Of a DNA stretch of 64,000 nucleotides, positions 32,158 to 43,107 are shown in pieces. The stretch spans positions 2,138 through 66,137 of the forward strand of contig CAYXUU010000033.1 in NCBI GenBank assembly GCA_964468645.1. The letters run 5' to 3'. How positions within the stretch are numbered: the stretch's first letter is position 1; each line of letters opens with the position of its first letter. The translations under genes were made by a program, and so were the position numbers. The stretch comes from an uncultured Bacteroidales bacterium. Its GTDB lineage: Bacteria; Bacteroidota; Bacteroidia; Bacteroidales; JAIOZK01. The notes below the pieces were generated by a model, which saw only the letters and a program-made list of their open reading frames with translations, did no database searches and was not told the origin of the DNA.

Positions 32158-33375
32158 TTAATCCTGGCGTCTTGTGGTAGCATATTCCTCAACTTCCCGC
32201 ATCACCCTCATCAGATTTCTACCCCAGATCTTTTCAATCTCTTCCTCGGAATAACCACGCTTAAGAAGTTCCATTGTAATATTTCCCATTTCGCTCACAT
32301 CATAACAATCTGAAAGACCACCACCACCATCAAAGTCGGTACCTATCCCAACGTGGTCAATGCCTGCTATACTGACTGCATGATCAATATGATCAACCAT
32401 ATCTGATACTGTAGCTAATTTCCTGGGAAACTTTTTATCTGTGGCTATCCATTCCTGGCGTGCCTGCTTATATTCTTCCTCACTAAGGTCTTTAAAATAT
32501 TTATACTTTATCCTGATAGCATCAAAGGCACTGTCGCGTTCGGGATTAGGGCCCATATCTTTAATGTAATCGCTGAGAATACAAATCTGAATTACACCAC
32601 CGTTCGCTGCCAGCTTCTGTAACATATCATCGGTTAGATTTCTGGGATTATCCCTGACAGCCCTTATGGATGAATGCGATGCAATAACAGGTGCCTCTGA
32701 CAGGTTAATAACATCATAAAAGCTACTGTCGGAAATATGCGACACATCGATCATTATTCCAAAACGGTTCATTTCTTTAACAACCTCCTCCCCAAAAGCA
32801 CTCAGTCCGTTATGCTCTGTTGTATCGGTAGATGAATCACAAATTTCGTTATTAGCTGAATGACATAGTGTAATATACCTGACACCCCTGTTATAAAATT
32901 CTTTCACATTGGAAATATCTGTACCAACAGGATAGCCATTCTCAATACCAATAAAGACAGCTTTTCTTCCTTCCCTCTCACAGCGGTAAGCTTCATCTGG
33001 GCTGGTTACGATTTCTGCAACCTCAGGGTATCTTTCCACACAGGTATAAATGGAATCGATAATCCGGTTAATCCTTTCTTTGACTTTTGCATTTGCTTCA
33101 GGTGTTCTTTCTCCCTGACCAACAAATGCAGCAAAGAATATTCCATCAAGCCCACCCTCTTTCATCCTGGGGAAATCTACCCTGCTGCGTGTCTCTCTTG
33201 AATCGTGTCTGGTATTAAGATCAAAGGCTGATCGTGTAAACCACAATGGTGTATCCGTATGGGAATCAATGGTGAAAATCCTTTCATGTATTTTTTCTGC
33301 TTTTTCACTGAGGGATTCGTGGTTGCAGGAGGTCAGGAAAAGAAGGGTCAGTAGAGATAGTATTGGTCTGTGCAT
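32158..33375 (-). CDS. Membrane dipeptidase (peptidase M19) lipoprotein
   Basis: Lipobox LTSC; DSHTD, GIENG, DVSH, SHS, HVGIGTDFDG. Confidence 0.92.
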   Translation of the reverse strand: MHRPILSLLTLLFLTSCNHESLSEKAEKIHERIFTIDSHTDTPLWFTRSAFDLNTRHDSRETRSRVDFPRMKEGGLDGIFFAAFVGQGERTPEANAKVKERINRIIDSIYTCVERYPEVAEIVTSPDEAYRCEREGRKAVFIGIENGYPVGTDISNVKEFYNRGVRYITLCHSANNEICDSSTDTTEHNGLSAFGEEVVKEMNRFGIMIDVSHISDSSFYDVINLSEAPVIASHSSIRAVRDNPRNLTDDMLQKLAANGGVIQICILSDYIKDMGPNPERDSAFDAIRIKYKYFKDLSEEEYKQARQEWIATDKKFPRKLATVSDMVDHIDHAVSIAGIDHVGIGTDFDGGGGLSDCYDVSEMGNITMELLKRGYSEEEIEKIWGRNLMRVMREVEEYATTRRQD

Positions 33376-33380
33376 TGATA

Positions 33381-33650
33381 TTGTTTAAATGTTGAATCGT
33401 TGAATTGTTGATTTGTTGATTTGTTGAATCTTTTCCGATTCACATTGTTCATCGGGATTTCGGCTTTCAGCCTCAACAATCGTCAATATTTTTAGTTTCA
33501 CGCAAAGGTCGCAAAAAATGAATACAAAAAGCCCAAAGAAGGACTTGCGTTTTCGTTGCGCTTTTGTATTTCGTCTTTGTATTTTCTTTGTGTGAAATAT
33601 TTCTTATAAAGCAAAACACAGAACACAGAACACAGAACACAGAACACATA
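33381..33650. repeat. Composite intergenic short-repeat tract
   Basis: ttgttgaa/ttgttgat octamers, cgcaaag palindrome, (aacacag)x5. Confidence 0.65.
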
Positions 33651-33669
33651 CCTCCTTACCCGCATCCTT

Positions 33670-34695
33670 TTACATCGCCCAGGTCTTAAGCCCCCTCGAA
33701 GTAAACTCATACCGTTTGATTTGCCCGCCGAATTCTTTTAAAGCATCCATTACGTTGTATTTACTGTCGCCGGGACAATAGAATATCATAAATCCGCCAC
33801 CACCAGCACCGGAGATTTTACCTCCGGAGGCCCCTTTATCGATAGCGGCCTGGTAAATCTCATCAATCATTGGATTCGAAATGCCGGATGCCATCTGTTT
33901 TTTAAATTGCCACCCAAAATCAAGGATCTCTCCAATCTTATCTATTTCCCCCCGTAACAGGGCTTCCTTCATCCTGACCGATTGTTCCTTGAGTTTATGC
34001 ATAGCCTCTATCGACTTTTCATTTTTGCTCGATACACTTTCTTGCTGAGCTTCGATGATCTTTGAAGATAGCCTGCTGGTACCGGTATAATAAAGGATAA
34101 GATTATGCGAAAGTTCCGACATATATGCGCTCTTGATCCGCAGAGGATTTACGATTACCTTATCATCCTTATAAAACTCCATGAAGTTAAAACCTCCAAA
34201 AGTTGCAGCATACTGGTCCTGTTTACCTCCTGACATATTCAAATCGATACGTTCAATTTTATAGGCAAGGTGGGCCATGTCGTACTCACCAAGCGGAAGT
34301 TTAAGCCATTCGGCAAAAGCGCCCAGTATGGTAACAACCAGTGTGGAGGAAGTCCCGAGTCCGCTGCCTGGCGGAGCATCAACGGCAGTGATCAGTTCAA
34401 AAGAAAGGGGATGATGTGTAAAATCCCTGACAATACGATTGTAGATCCCTCTGTGAAGAATCAGGTCATCATCAATGGGTAATTCCTCGCTGCTGGCAAA
34501 TTCCAGTACAAGGTTCTTATCCATCGACCGGAGTATGATCTTATTATCCGTTCTTGGTTTGATGGTGGCAAAAGCGTACATGTTTATGGTGCCATTTAGA
34601 ATAGCACCGCCGTAATAATCGGAAAAAGGCGATACGTCAGAACCACCACCGGCTAATCCAAGTCTTAAAGGAGCTTTGCTTCTGAATATCTTCAT
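33670..34695 (-). CDS. hddA: D-glycero-alpha-D-manno-heptose-7-phosphate kinase (GHMP family)
   Basis: KAPLRLGLAGGGSD, PPGSGLGTSS, GGKQDQY, KISGAGGGGF. Confidence 0.85.
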   Translation of the reverse strand: MKIFRSKAPLRLGLAGGGSDVSPFSDYYGGAILNGTINMYAFATIKPRTDNKIILRSMDKNLVLEFASSEELPIDDDLILHRGIYNRIVRDFTHHPLSFELITAVDAPPGSGLGTSSTLVVTILGAFAEWLKLPLGEYDMAHLAYKIERIDLNMSGGKQDQYAATFGGFNFMEFYKDDKVIVNPLRIKSAYMSELSHNLILYYTGTSRLSSKIIEAQQESVSSKNEKSIEAMHKLKEQSVRMKEALLRGEIDKIGEILDFGWQFKKQMASGISNPMIDEIYQAAIDKGASGGKISGAGGGGFMIFYCPGDSKYNVMDALKEFGGQIKRYEFTSRGLKTWAM

Positions 34696-34703
34696 TGATA
34701 AAG

Positions 34704-36278
34704 TTAGTTTTTACATATAACAAATTTCTCAATAAATCTATTGCCTCCAATTTGAATATTTAAGTAATAAACGCCATCAGCAAACTTTGTAACATCAATA
34801 TTGTTGGATGTCAGGTTGTCTTTAAAGCGATAGCGATGAACCAATCTCCCAATATCGTCATATAAATCAATATTAATTTCATTGATCAGATCTGGTAGAT
34901 TAATAATCTTGATTGTTATTATTTCATCCGACGGATTAGGGAATATATTTAATGCAAGTTGATCGTCAGGTTCAGGAATACTTATATTAATGGTTTTGCA
35001 GGTATTTGAGTTACCACATTGATTATATAAATGTAAGCATATATTAAATTCTCCTGAAGAATCATAGAGATGTACTGGATTAATAATGGTTGAGTATAAG
35101 TTATCCCCAAAATCCCAGTACAAAGAATCATAATATTGACCATTACAATAAAAACAGTATTCCCTTTCTTGGTTTGTGAAATAAAAATCAGCAACTGGAT
35201 CGATACAATAGAGAATTGTATCACAATAATAGGCTGTGTCACAATCATTAAATACCATTAAACAGACAAGATATTCACCAAATGAAGAAAAGTGATGTTC
35301 TGGATTTTCAAGACTTGAGTAATTACCATCCCCGAAATCCCAAAATATCGAATCTGCCAGAGATGAATAATTGTTAAAGTATATTATATCATCAAATATA
35401 TCAAAATCAAACTTTGCTACAGGCGGAATACAATAGTGGATGGTATCGCAAAATGTGTCTTGACCACATGAATCCTCAATAGTCAGACAAACAAGATATT
35501 TGCCAAATGAATGGAACTGGTGTGATGGATTTTGAACTGTTGAGAATTGCCCATCTCCAAAATTCCACAACCATGAATCTGAATTTGAAGAGTGATCAAC
35601 GAAATTAAAAATGGAATCTGTAAAATAATAATCAAAAATAGCTATAGGTGGCGCACATTCTGAATATATGACAATTATTTCAGGCCTGAGATCTCTGTCA
35701 GAATGATCACTTGAGGCAAATACCATACAATTGTATGTGTCTTCCACCTCAAGTTTAATCATTAATCCAATTGAAGAATCGCCTTGAGTAAGAATCTCAT
35801 TTATTAAGGATAAGATGTCAATATCAAGATAATTCTGAGTATTGATGGAAGATGTTGGTAATACTATTTGATTTGCTATAGTAGTGGTAGGTTGGTTGTC
35901 CCAGGTTATGGATGATTCATCCCATTCCTCGGTTATCATTCGTAAATTGCTCTGGTTATAACCTGATTGAAGTTGATGATGACCGGAAGTAATATTACAA
36001 TACAAATTTAATTTAGCAGATATTATCTCACTGTTCGCAGGAATTTGATCAAGGCTAAAGTCTATATAACTTCTTTGAATAAAGAAATCTCCCTGAAAAG
36101 TCCAGGCATTGGCAATATAATTTGGATCATCACCATAATTTGTGTTAGGTTGATCTGTTCGCACAGTGGCATCTTTACCTTCATCAGGGTCAGGTTTAAT
36201 AACTAATATTGTTTGAGATTTGCTTCCTAATACGATTAAGATTAGAATAAAAAAGATCGGTATCTTTTTAGTGTTCAT
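34704..36278 (-). CDS. DNRLRE/CBM96-like + 3x PKD + T9SS type A CTD protein
   Basis: GKDATV...RSYIDF...WDESSITWDNQP; three WxFGD repeats; IFPNP CTD. Confidence 0.8.
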   Translation of the reverse strand: MNTKKIPIFFILILIVLGSKSQTILVIKPDPDEGKDATVRTDQPNTNYGDDPNYIANAWTFQGDFFIQRSYIDFSLDQIPANSEIISAKLNLYCNITSGHHQLQSGYNQSNLRMITEEWDESSITWDNQPTTTIANQIVLPTSSINTQNYLDIDILSLINEILTQGDSSIGLMIKLEVEDTYNCMVFASSDHSDRDLRPEIIVIYSECAPPIAIFDYYFTDSIFNFVDHSSNSDSWLWNFGDGQFSTVQNPSHQFHSFGKYLVCLTIEDSCGQDTFCDTIHYCIPPVAKFDFDIFDDIIYFNNYSSLADSIFWDFGDGNYSSLENPEHHFSSFGEYLVCLMVFNDCDTAYYCDTILYCIDPVADFYFTNQEREYCFYCNGQYYDSLYWDFGDNLYSTIINPVHLYDSSGEFNICLHLYNQCGNSNTCKTINISIPEPDDQLALNIFPNPSDEIITIKIINLPDLINEINIDLYDDIGRLVHRYRFKDNLTSNNIDVTKFADGVYYLNIQIGGNRFIEKFVICKN

Positions 36279-37435
36279 TTTTTGTATTCCCGGAGTTTCT
36301 TATAAAGGTAGTCAATCTTTTCTATCATCCTATCCCAGCTATACTTTTTCTTAAATTCTTTAACGTTTTTACTGAACTCAGTTTCCTTGTTCAGACTATA
36401 AAACTTATACAATGCATCAGCAACTTCTTTCGGGTCTGGTTTAACAACATACCCCACAATATCATTCGGGACAATTTCCGATAAACCACCTACATCAGTT
36501 GTGATCATCGGTTTATTGAAATGATAAGCTGTTTGTGTAACACCGCTTTGAGTTGCATTTTTATAGGGTTGAACAACAATATCACATGCCGAAAAGTAAA
36601 AGGCAATTTTGTTGTTAGGGATAAACTGATCTGGCATGATGACTACATCTTCCAAACCCAATTCCTTAACCAGTGCAAGATAATCATTGTAGTTTGCATA
36701 GAATTCCCCGGCCACCAGAAGCTTTAGAGGGATTTTACGTAAGCGATCATCATTCAATGCTTTTAAAAGTATATCCAATCCTTTATACTCCCTGACAAAT
36801 CCGAAGAAAAGGATATAGTTCGTATTGACATCAAGTTCAAGTTTAATCTTAGCTTCCTTTTTAGGAATGAGTTCCCCATAATTATCATAAAGTGGATGAG
36901 GAAGATATGCTTTTGGTTTAGCTTGGTCAAATTGCTTAAGATCCTCAAGTACTGACCTGGACATTGTTATGAATCCATCAATTGGTTTTACAAAATAGTT
37001 TGAAAGAATTTTGTCAGTAAAAGATGGTTCATGTGGTATAATATTATCTGTAATTGCTAAAACAATAGTTTTCTTGTTTTTTTGTATTCTTCTTGCCATG
37101 GTTCCAAAACAGGGCCCCATAAAAGGAATCCAAAAACGAAATATAACGATGTCGAAATGTTTGTTTTTAATTTTATTTCCTGTTCTTATCCAATTTAAAG
37201 GATTAATGGAGTTTATGTTTCGTTCAATTTTTAATTCAGGTGGTTTATCCTCTGTTGTTGTCTGGAATTTACCAGGAAATAGAAATCGGGGATATTGTAA
37301 AGTGAAAGTGTAAATTGTAACATCATCCAGGTTCTCCATCAACGCTCTGGCCAGCCTTTCATTAAACGTAGATATACCACCACCTCTGTACGGATAAGCT
37401 GACCCTATAATCAATATTTTTCTTTGTTCACCCAT
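36275..37435 (-). CDS. Glycosyltransferase family 4
   Basis: FFGFVREYKGLD, PYKNATQSGV, TDVGGLSE. Confidence 0.9.
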   Translation of the reverse strand: MGEQRKILIIGSAYPYRGGGISTFNERLARALMENLDDVTIYTFTLQYPRFLFPGKFQTTTEDKPPELKIERNINSINPLNWIRTGNKIKNKHFDIVIFRFWIPFMGPCFGTMARRIQKNKKTIVLAITDNIIPHEPSFTDKILSNYFVKPIDGFITMSRSVLEDLKQFDQAKPKAYLPHPLYDNYGELIPKKEAKIKLELDVNTNYILFFGFVREYKGLDILLKALNDDRLRKIPLKLLVAGEFYANYNDYLALVKELGLEDVVIMPDQFIPNNKIAFYFSACDIVVQPYKNATQSGVTQTAYHFNKPMITTDVGGLSEIVPNDIVGYVVKPDPKEVADALYKFYSLNKETEFSKNVKEFKKKYSWDRMIEKIDYLYKKLREYKK

Positions 37436-37459
37436 AGTTCAATCAACACAGACAGGTTC

Positions 37460-38413
37460 TTATTCATTTGTTTCCCTGAAGCCTGTTTCGGTCTCAACAT
37501 TATATTTATTCCTGTCGTTGCCTGATCTGGTGATCATCTCGCCCAGAAATCCTGCAATAAATACCTGGGTGCCAATGATCATGGCAAGCAATCCAAAGTA
37601 AAACAATGGCCTTTCCGTCATCTTGTATTCTGAAAGAAATATTTTTGCATATGTAAGATATACTGCAATAATGAAACCTGCAAAGAAAAGCAATGTTCCT
37701 ATGGTGCCGAACAAATGCATTGGACGTTTACTGAACCGGGTGATAAAAGTGATGGTTAACAGGTCGAGATAGCCTTTGATGATCCTTTCGGATCCGAATT
37801 TTGTTTTTCCGAATTTCCTTTTCTGATGTTCAACAACCTTTTCGCCAATATTCGAAAACCCTGATCGCTTGGCAATAACGGGTATATACCTGTGCATCTC
37901 ACCAGAAACTTCTATAGATTTCACTACTGAATGATTATAAGCCTTAAGCCCGCAATTAAAATCATGAAGTTTAATTCCGGATAGCCTGCGAGTAGTCCAG
38001 TTGAAGAATTTTGAAGGAAATCGCTTACCTATAGGGTCATGCCGTTTTTTCTTCCATCCTGAAACCATGTCATATCCATCATCTTTGATCATCCGGTAAA
38101 GATCAGGGATCTCATCGGGGCTGTCCTGCAGATCAGCATCCATGGTGATGACCACATTCCCCCGGGCTGATTCAAATCCCATGTTCAGGGCGGCCGATTT
38201 GCCATAATTCCTTCTGAACTTAACTCCTTTGACCGATTGGTTTCCGGCTGCCAGTTCCTCAACAATTTTCCATGAATTATCACTACTGCCATCATCAATA
38301 AAGATGATCTCATAGGAATAATCACCGGAATCCATTACTTTCTTTATCCAGTCAGTTAGCTCGGCCAGCGATTCCTCTTCATTATACAACGGTATGATTA
38401 CAGAAATATCCAT
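37460..38413 (-). CDS. Glycosyltransferase family 2 (ArnC/DPM-like, two C-terminal TM)
   Basis: IPLYNEE, DDGSSD, MDADLQD. Confidence 0.9.
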   Translation of the reverse strand: MDISVIIPLYNEEESLAELTDWIKKVMDSGDYSYEIIFIDDGSSDNSWKIVEELAAGNQSVKGVKFRRNYGKSAALNMGFESARGNVVITMDADLQDSPDEIPDLYRMIKDDGYDMVSGWKKKRHDPIGKRFPSKFFNWTTRRLSGIKLHDFNCGLKAYNHSVVKSIEVSGEMHRYIPVIAKRSGFSNIGEKVVEHQKRKFGKTKFGSERIIKGYLDLLTITFITRFSKRPMHLFGTIGTLLFFAGFIIAVYLTYAKIFLSEYKMTERPLFYFGLLAMIIGTQVFIAGFLGEMITRSGNDRNKYNVETETGFRETNE

Positions 38414-38436
38414 TTATAAGTACGACTGTCATTCAC

Positions 38437-38955
38437 TTAAAGTCTGTTCTCCTTTTTAATAAAAATAGCAATAATAAGTGACATCACCAGGTTTACAACA
38501 GTTGTCCACAAGAAAGTTGATATGCCTATCATGGCAGGTGTGGAGAATTTTCGTGCCCATTCCAGGGCACTTTCTATCTGTGCATCTGAGGTGAGCCTGG
38601 GATTTTCATAGATCTTTTCTTCTGCCTGCAGGATCATCTTTTCAACAAGTGCAGCATCAAATTTAAAAAGGAAGAACATCATCAATGAAAAAAGAATGGT
38701 ACCAACCAACCCCACGAGGAACCCTGAAGTAAAGGCCTGTCCATAAGTGCAGAAACCACCCCTGTATATATCACGATATGTTTTTGATCCCCATATTATT
38801 CCGCCAAGCAGAAATGCGTAAATTAAAAGATTCAGGGAGGACTCCCTGTCTATCTCCAGTAAATACATGATCAATGTAAAGATGATTAGCATTGCCCCGG
38901 TTATCAGACCATAATTAAGGGCGACTTTCCATACGGATCCTGTTTTTTCTTCCAT
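38437..38955 (-). CDS. DUF4199 family membrane protein
   Basis: ALNYGLITG...GGFCTYGQAF...AIFIKKE, 4 TM, first gene of the GT2-GT4 run. Confidence 0.8.
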   Translation of the reverse strand: MEEKTGSVWKVALNYGLITGAMLIIFTLIMYLLEIDRESSLNLLIYAFLLGGIIWGSKTYRDIYRGGFCTYGQAFTSGFLVGLVGTILFSLMMFFLFKFDAALVEKMILQAEEKIYENPRLTSDAQIESALEWARKFSTPAMIGISTFLWTTVVNLVMSLIIAIFIKKENRL

Positions 38956-39288
38956 TGGTTTTGAGTTTTGGTTTAAGTATGCAAACTTAATTATTTTTTG
39001 TAAAAAGAGTTAGATTGTTGTTGATTCATTTATTCGTTGAATTGTTTTATAAACTTCACATGCGAATGTTCTTGCATTCTGCCCAACTTCGAGTTTTTCA
39101 AATCCAAATTGAAATTTTTCTTTTGATTTCATGATAGGTATTTTTATATTAATACAACAGGCAACATAAACGTTCCTGAAATTTCAGTTTTTTTTTACTC
39201 TTCAATTGACTCTCATTCAATCTACCAATTCAACAATTTGTTACACTCAACAGTTGCATCCAAGCCACAAATTTCGTACTTTTGCAAC

Positions 39289-39384
39289 GGGTAAGTCTTA
39301 TACGACCAGCTCCTGCTGAACTCCCCCAGGTCCGGAAGGAAGCAAGGGTAGGCGGTTGAGCGGTGCGATGTAAGTAGCTTACCC
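39289..39384 (+). ncRNA. ffs: Signal recognition particle RNA (small, 4.5S type)
   Basis: caggtccggaaggaagcaa domain IV motif, terminal gggtaag/cttaccc pairing, TACTTTTG promoter at 39277-39284. Confidence 0.92.
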
Positions 39385-39493
39385 ATTTTTTATTATTGGT
39401 TATTAATCAATATAAATGGATATTGTTGGATGAAAATGGGAAGGCTAAGGTTAAGGAAGGCTCATTCAAAAGCAAAAAACGAAAAAATAAAAA

Positions 39494-40105
39494 GTGTTAC
39501 TGAGAATACATCCGGAAACTCCTGCAGCAAGACAAATTGCAAGAGTTGTTGATTGCCTTGAGAGGGGAGGGGTGATCATTTATCCTACTGATACTATTTA
39601 TGGCATGGCCTGTAATATCTATAAACCCAAAGCCATTGAAAGGATAGCAAAGATCAAAGGACTGATCAAATCAAAGGCTGATTTTTCATTTGTATTCAAT
39701 GACCTCAGCCATCTATCAGAATATACATTACCCATCAACAACCAGGTTTACAAGCTGATGAAAAAAAGCTTGCCTGGGCCATATACCTTTATTTTGAATG
39801 CTAATAATAAGATTCCAAAGATATTTCAGACCAATAAGAAAACTGTTGGTATCCGTATCCCGGAGAATAATATTCCTCAGGAAATTGTACGGGAACTGGG
39901 TCATCCCATCATGACCTCCTCAATCAGGGAGGAAGATGAAGTAACTGAATACCTTACTGATCCTGAGCTTATTTATGAGAAATACCAGGGACTGGTTGAT
40001 ATTGTCATTGACGGTGGTCATGGTGATAATGAACCTTCCACCATTATTGATTGTACCGGAGAGGAAATTGAGGTTATCAGGGAAGGTAAGGGAGCGATAA
40101 TATAA
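39494..40105 (+). CDS. Sua5/YciO/YrdC family (threonylcarbamoyl-AMP synthase-like)
   Basis: YPTDTIYG, LPGPYTFIL, KTVGIRIP, PSTIID. Confidence 0.9.
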   Translation: MLLRIHPETPAARQIARVVDCLERGGVIIYPTDTIYGMACNIYKPKAIERIAKIKGLIKSKADFSFVFNDLSHLSEYTLPINNQVYKLMKKSLPGPYTFILNANNKIPKIFQTNKKTVGIRIPENNIPQEIVRELGHPIMTSSIREEDEVTEYLTDPELIYEKYQGLVDIVIDGGHGDNEPSTIIDCTGEEIEVIREGKGAII

Positions 40106-40172
40106 AAGGTATTTTTGGTTTGTATATCTAAAAAAAAGTATCTACTTTTGCACCCTCATTTGAAAAAATGAC

Positions 40173-40245
40173 GATTCCGTAGCTCAGCTGGTAGAGCAAC
40201 GGCCTTTTAAGCCGTGGGTCCTGGGTTCGAATCCCAGCGGGATCA
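40173..40245 (+). tRNA. tRNA-Lys (UUU)
   Basis: Acceptor gattccg/cgggatc, anticodon arm acggc-ctTTTaa-gccgt, T-loop ggttcgaatcc; TACTTTTG promoter at 40143. Confidence 0.96.
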
Positions 40246-40437
40246 CTCCGAAGAACAAAAAATCCTTGATAATAGTATATTTCAAGGGTTTTTTGTTTTT
40301 CAGGTATAACAACACCTCATTCTCAATTGATTTCCGGTTATTTCGCAAACATGCTTTTTCAATTTTAAACATGTTAACATTGCATCCTGTTTCATACACC
40401 CATTTTCGTTTCACATTCTTAACAACTAAATAAAGAA

Positions 40438-40710
40438 TTATTTCCTCAGTTCATTAAGGAGTTTAATTACTCCCCTGAACTGGCATGTTCTCTGAACACC
40501 TTTATGTAGGATTTTCTCAAGATAAGGATTTTTATTATTAATTATTGGAATAACAGCTTCTTTGGAAACCGTAAAATAATACAAACCCTGACCTTCTTCA
40601 TCTGGGGATATTTGCCTTGAGACCATGGCTAAATCAGCACTCCCTGATCATAACTTGCTTAATCCCCTGTCAGAGCCACCCATCGAAACACTGATCTTGA
40701 GATGCTTCAA
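40438..40710 (-). pseudogene. Fragment of a pstS-like paralog with an in-frame TGA
   Basis: LKISVSMGGSDRGLSKL*SGSADLAMVSRQ...VSKEAVIPIINNKNPYL aligns with the intact binding protein at 51690. Confidence 0.7.
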
Positions 40711-40838
40711 TAATATAATTGATTAATATCAATTATTTCATTAATGTCATATCCCCAATATAATAATATAATCCCGGAATTGAAGTTTACTTTTGCTGCA
40801 TACAAGTTATAGTAATTACGAGTAAATAAAAAGTAAGC

Positions 40839-41177
40839 GTGAGAAAAATTGCCTTACCGGTTATTGATGACTCATTAAGTTCTGATTTTCGTAGTTTTCC
40901 GTATTTTAAATTATTTTACGAGAAGAACGGTAAAATTATTAAGGAAGAATTAATTCCTGCACCACCAAATCAATATGGTATTTATCCTTATCTGCTTGCA
41001 AAAATGGAAGTAACCGATATTATTGCTAACAACATTGGATTGCGGGCAATTAAAACGTTTATGAAACATAAAATTAATGTGTTTTGCGGTGTGCAAATAA
41101 AGGATGTGAAAGAAGTGATAAAAGAATTTATTAACGGAACACTTGAAACGAACGAGATCAATGACTATATTAACTAA
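40839..41177 (+). CDS. NifB/NifX family protein
   Basis: KIALPV...LSSDF...PPNQYG...IIANNIGLRA...VFCGV; degenerate (no HFG motif). Confidence 0.7.
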   Translation: MRKIALPVIDDSLSSDFRSFPYFKLFYEKNGKIIKEELIPAPPNQYGIYPYLLAKMEVTDIIANNIGLRAIKTFMKHKINVFCGVQIKDVKEVIKEFINGTLETNEINDYIN

Positions 41178-41445
41178 TTAATTGTCCTGTAATAAAGTAT
41201 AGCATAAATTCAAATAATGAATTGAAAGGGGTATTAGCTATCATTGCTGAAGATATTGCCAAACACGAAAGTAAACCGATATTAAGTGTTAAAATTAGAA
41301 ATTTTCCTGTAAATATCTTATGGAAACAACATTCTAGTGAACACTTTGAATCGATGGGATTGTAATTTTATATGAATTGAAATAAAAGAATTGTTATACG
41401 AACAGGATCTTGGTTCGAGGATTGAATTTCACAAAAATATTCTAA

Positions 41446-41850
41446 ATGATAATATCAAACAAATCAATCAGAGTCAGGTATGATGAAGTGGATAAAATGG
41501 GATTTGTCTATCATGGGAATTATGCCAGGTATTTTCACATTGGCAGGACACATTTGTTGCGAAAGATTGGGATATGTGACAAAACACTTGAAAAACAGAA
41601 TATTATTATGCCTGTAGTTGATATGAGTATAAGATATATTAAACCTGTTTTTTATGATGACAAGATCAGGATTAAAACAACTTTGCTGGAGCTGTCTGGA
41701 ATCAGGTTGAAATTTCTTCATGATGTATATAATCAGTCAAATGAAATTATAAACATAGCAAGCAGTCAAGTGGTTTTTGTGGATGCCATAAAACATCGAT
41801 CAATGAGAATTCCAGACAATATACTTGATAATCTCAAAAAAATAACATAA
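41446..41850 (+). CDS. YbgC/4HBT-family acyl-CoA thioesterase
   Basis: VRYDEVDKMGFVYHGNYARYF. Confidence 0.88.
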   Translation: MIISNKSIRVRYDEVDKMGFVYHGNYARYFHIGRTHLLRKIGICDKTLEKQNIIMPVVDMSIRYIKPVFYDDKIRIKTTLLELSGIRLKFLHDVYNQSNEIINIASSQVVFVDAIKHRSMRIPDNILDNLKKIT

Positions 41851-41867
41851 ATAATAAAACTATTAAA

Positions 41868-43052
41868 ATGAACACTACAGATTTAGGATTTAATTCGAAG
41901 TTAATACATGCAGGCGATTTACAAGATGAATATGGCAGTGCAGTTACCCCAATCTACCAAACTTCAACATTTTCATTTAAAAGTTCAAAGCAGGGTGCTG
42001 ACTTATTTGCAGGCAAGGAGAAAGGTTATATTTATACCCGTATTGGAAACCCGACAATAAATGCCCTGGAAAATAAATTGGCAGAACTGGAAAACGGATA
42101 TGGAGGTATTGCTTTATCATCAGGTATGGCTGCTGTTTCGGCGGTTTATATGACGATATTAAGCCAGGGTGGTCACATGATAAGTACCAGTGCAGTATAT
42201 GGGCCAAGTCGTTGCCTGATGGAGGATCATTTTTCAAAATTCGGAGTGGAATACTCATATATCGACACTTCCAATCTTGAAGACTTAGCCAATACGATAA
42301 GACCGAATACAAAGTTGTTGTACATAGAAACTCCTGCAAATCCAACAATTGTGTTAACTGATATAAAGAAAGTATCAAAAATAGCCCATGCTCATGATAT
42401 TATTGTTGTGGTTGATAATACTTTCTGCAGCCCTTATCTTCAGAAGCCACTTGACCTTGGTGCCGATGTGGTATTGCATTCATTGACCAAGTTTATTAAT
42501 GGCCATGCCGATATTGTAGGAGGCGCTCTGATCGCGAAATCAAAAGAATTATATAATCAATTGCGTAAAACAATGGTTTATACAGGAGGAAACATGGATC
42601 CTCATCAGGCATATATGGTTATACGTGGAGTTAAAACATTATCTCTGCGGATTGATAAAGCCCAGGAAAATGCCTTGGCAATTGCACATTTCCTTGAGGA
42701 TCATCCGAAAGTGGAATGGATTAAGTACCCCGGACTAAAATCATTTCCCCAGTACGAACTGGCCAGGGATCAGATGCAAGGTTCGGGTAGTATGATCAGC
42801 TTTGGATTGAAGGATGGATATGGTGCAGGAAAGACATTGATGGATAATGTTAATCTGGCAACACTGGCAGTATCATTGGGTGGCGTTGAAACATTAATAC
42901 AACATCCTGCTTCCATGACCCATGCTGGCGTGTCCCCTGAAAACAGGCTTGCAGCAAATATAACAGATGGGCTTGTAAGATATTCTACAGGAATAGAAGA
43001 CAAAGAAGATTTAATCAATGATCTTAAGCAGGCTTTAGATAAAATTAATTAG
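41868..43052 (+). CDS. megL: Methionine gamma-lyase (Cys/Met metabolism PLP enzyme)
   Basis: PIYQTSTF, YTRIGNPT, ETPANP, SLTKFINGH, AVSLGG, HPASMTH. Confidence 0.8.
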   Translation: MNTTDLGFNSKLIHAGDLQDEYGSAVTPIYQTSTFSFKSSKQGADLFAGKEKGYIYTRIGNPTINALENKLAELENGYGGIALSSGMAAVSAVYMTILSQGGHMISTSAVYGPSRCLMEDHFSKFGVEYSYIDTSNLEDLANTIRPNTKLLYIETPANPTIVLTDIKKVSKIAHAHDIIVVVDNTFCSPYLQKPLDLGADVVLHSLTKFINGHADIVGGALIAKSKELYNQLRKTMVYTGGNMDPHQAYMVIRGVKTLSLRIDKAQENALAIAHFLEDHPKVEWIKYPGLKSFPQYELARDQMQGSGSMISFGLKDGYGAGKTLMDNVNLATLAVSLGGVETLIQHPASMTHAGVSPENRLAANITDGLVRYSTGIEDKEDLINDLKQALDKIN

Positions 43053-43107
43053 TGTTATAGTATAAGATGATCAGGCTTGATCAATAACAGATATATATAA
43101 AGTATAA

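Noticed and set aside
33498-33710. 70-aa ORF with FCVLCSV repeats
   Set aside because: Translation of the (aacacag)n tract; the ORFs at 31980-32192 and 55215-55403 are similar repeat artefacts.
40184-40414. 76-aa minus-strand ORF
   Set aside because: Antisense to tRNA-Lys (GFEPRT artefact).
40648-40650. Selenocysteine TGA
   Set aside because: Aligns to a Leu position in the intact paralog, the gene is truncated at both ends and no SECIS hairpin is evident.
41180-41445. SAM or cobalamin riboswitch ahead of megL/btuR; ~50-codon ORF
   Set aside because: No conserved riboswitch core recognised; the ORF has no recognisable motif.
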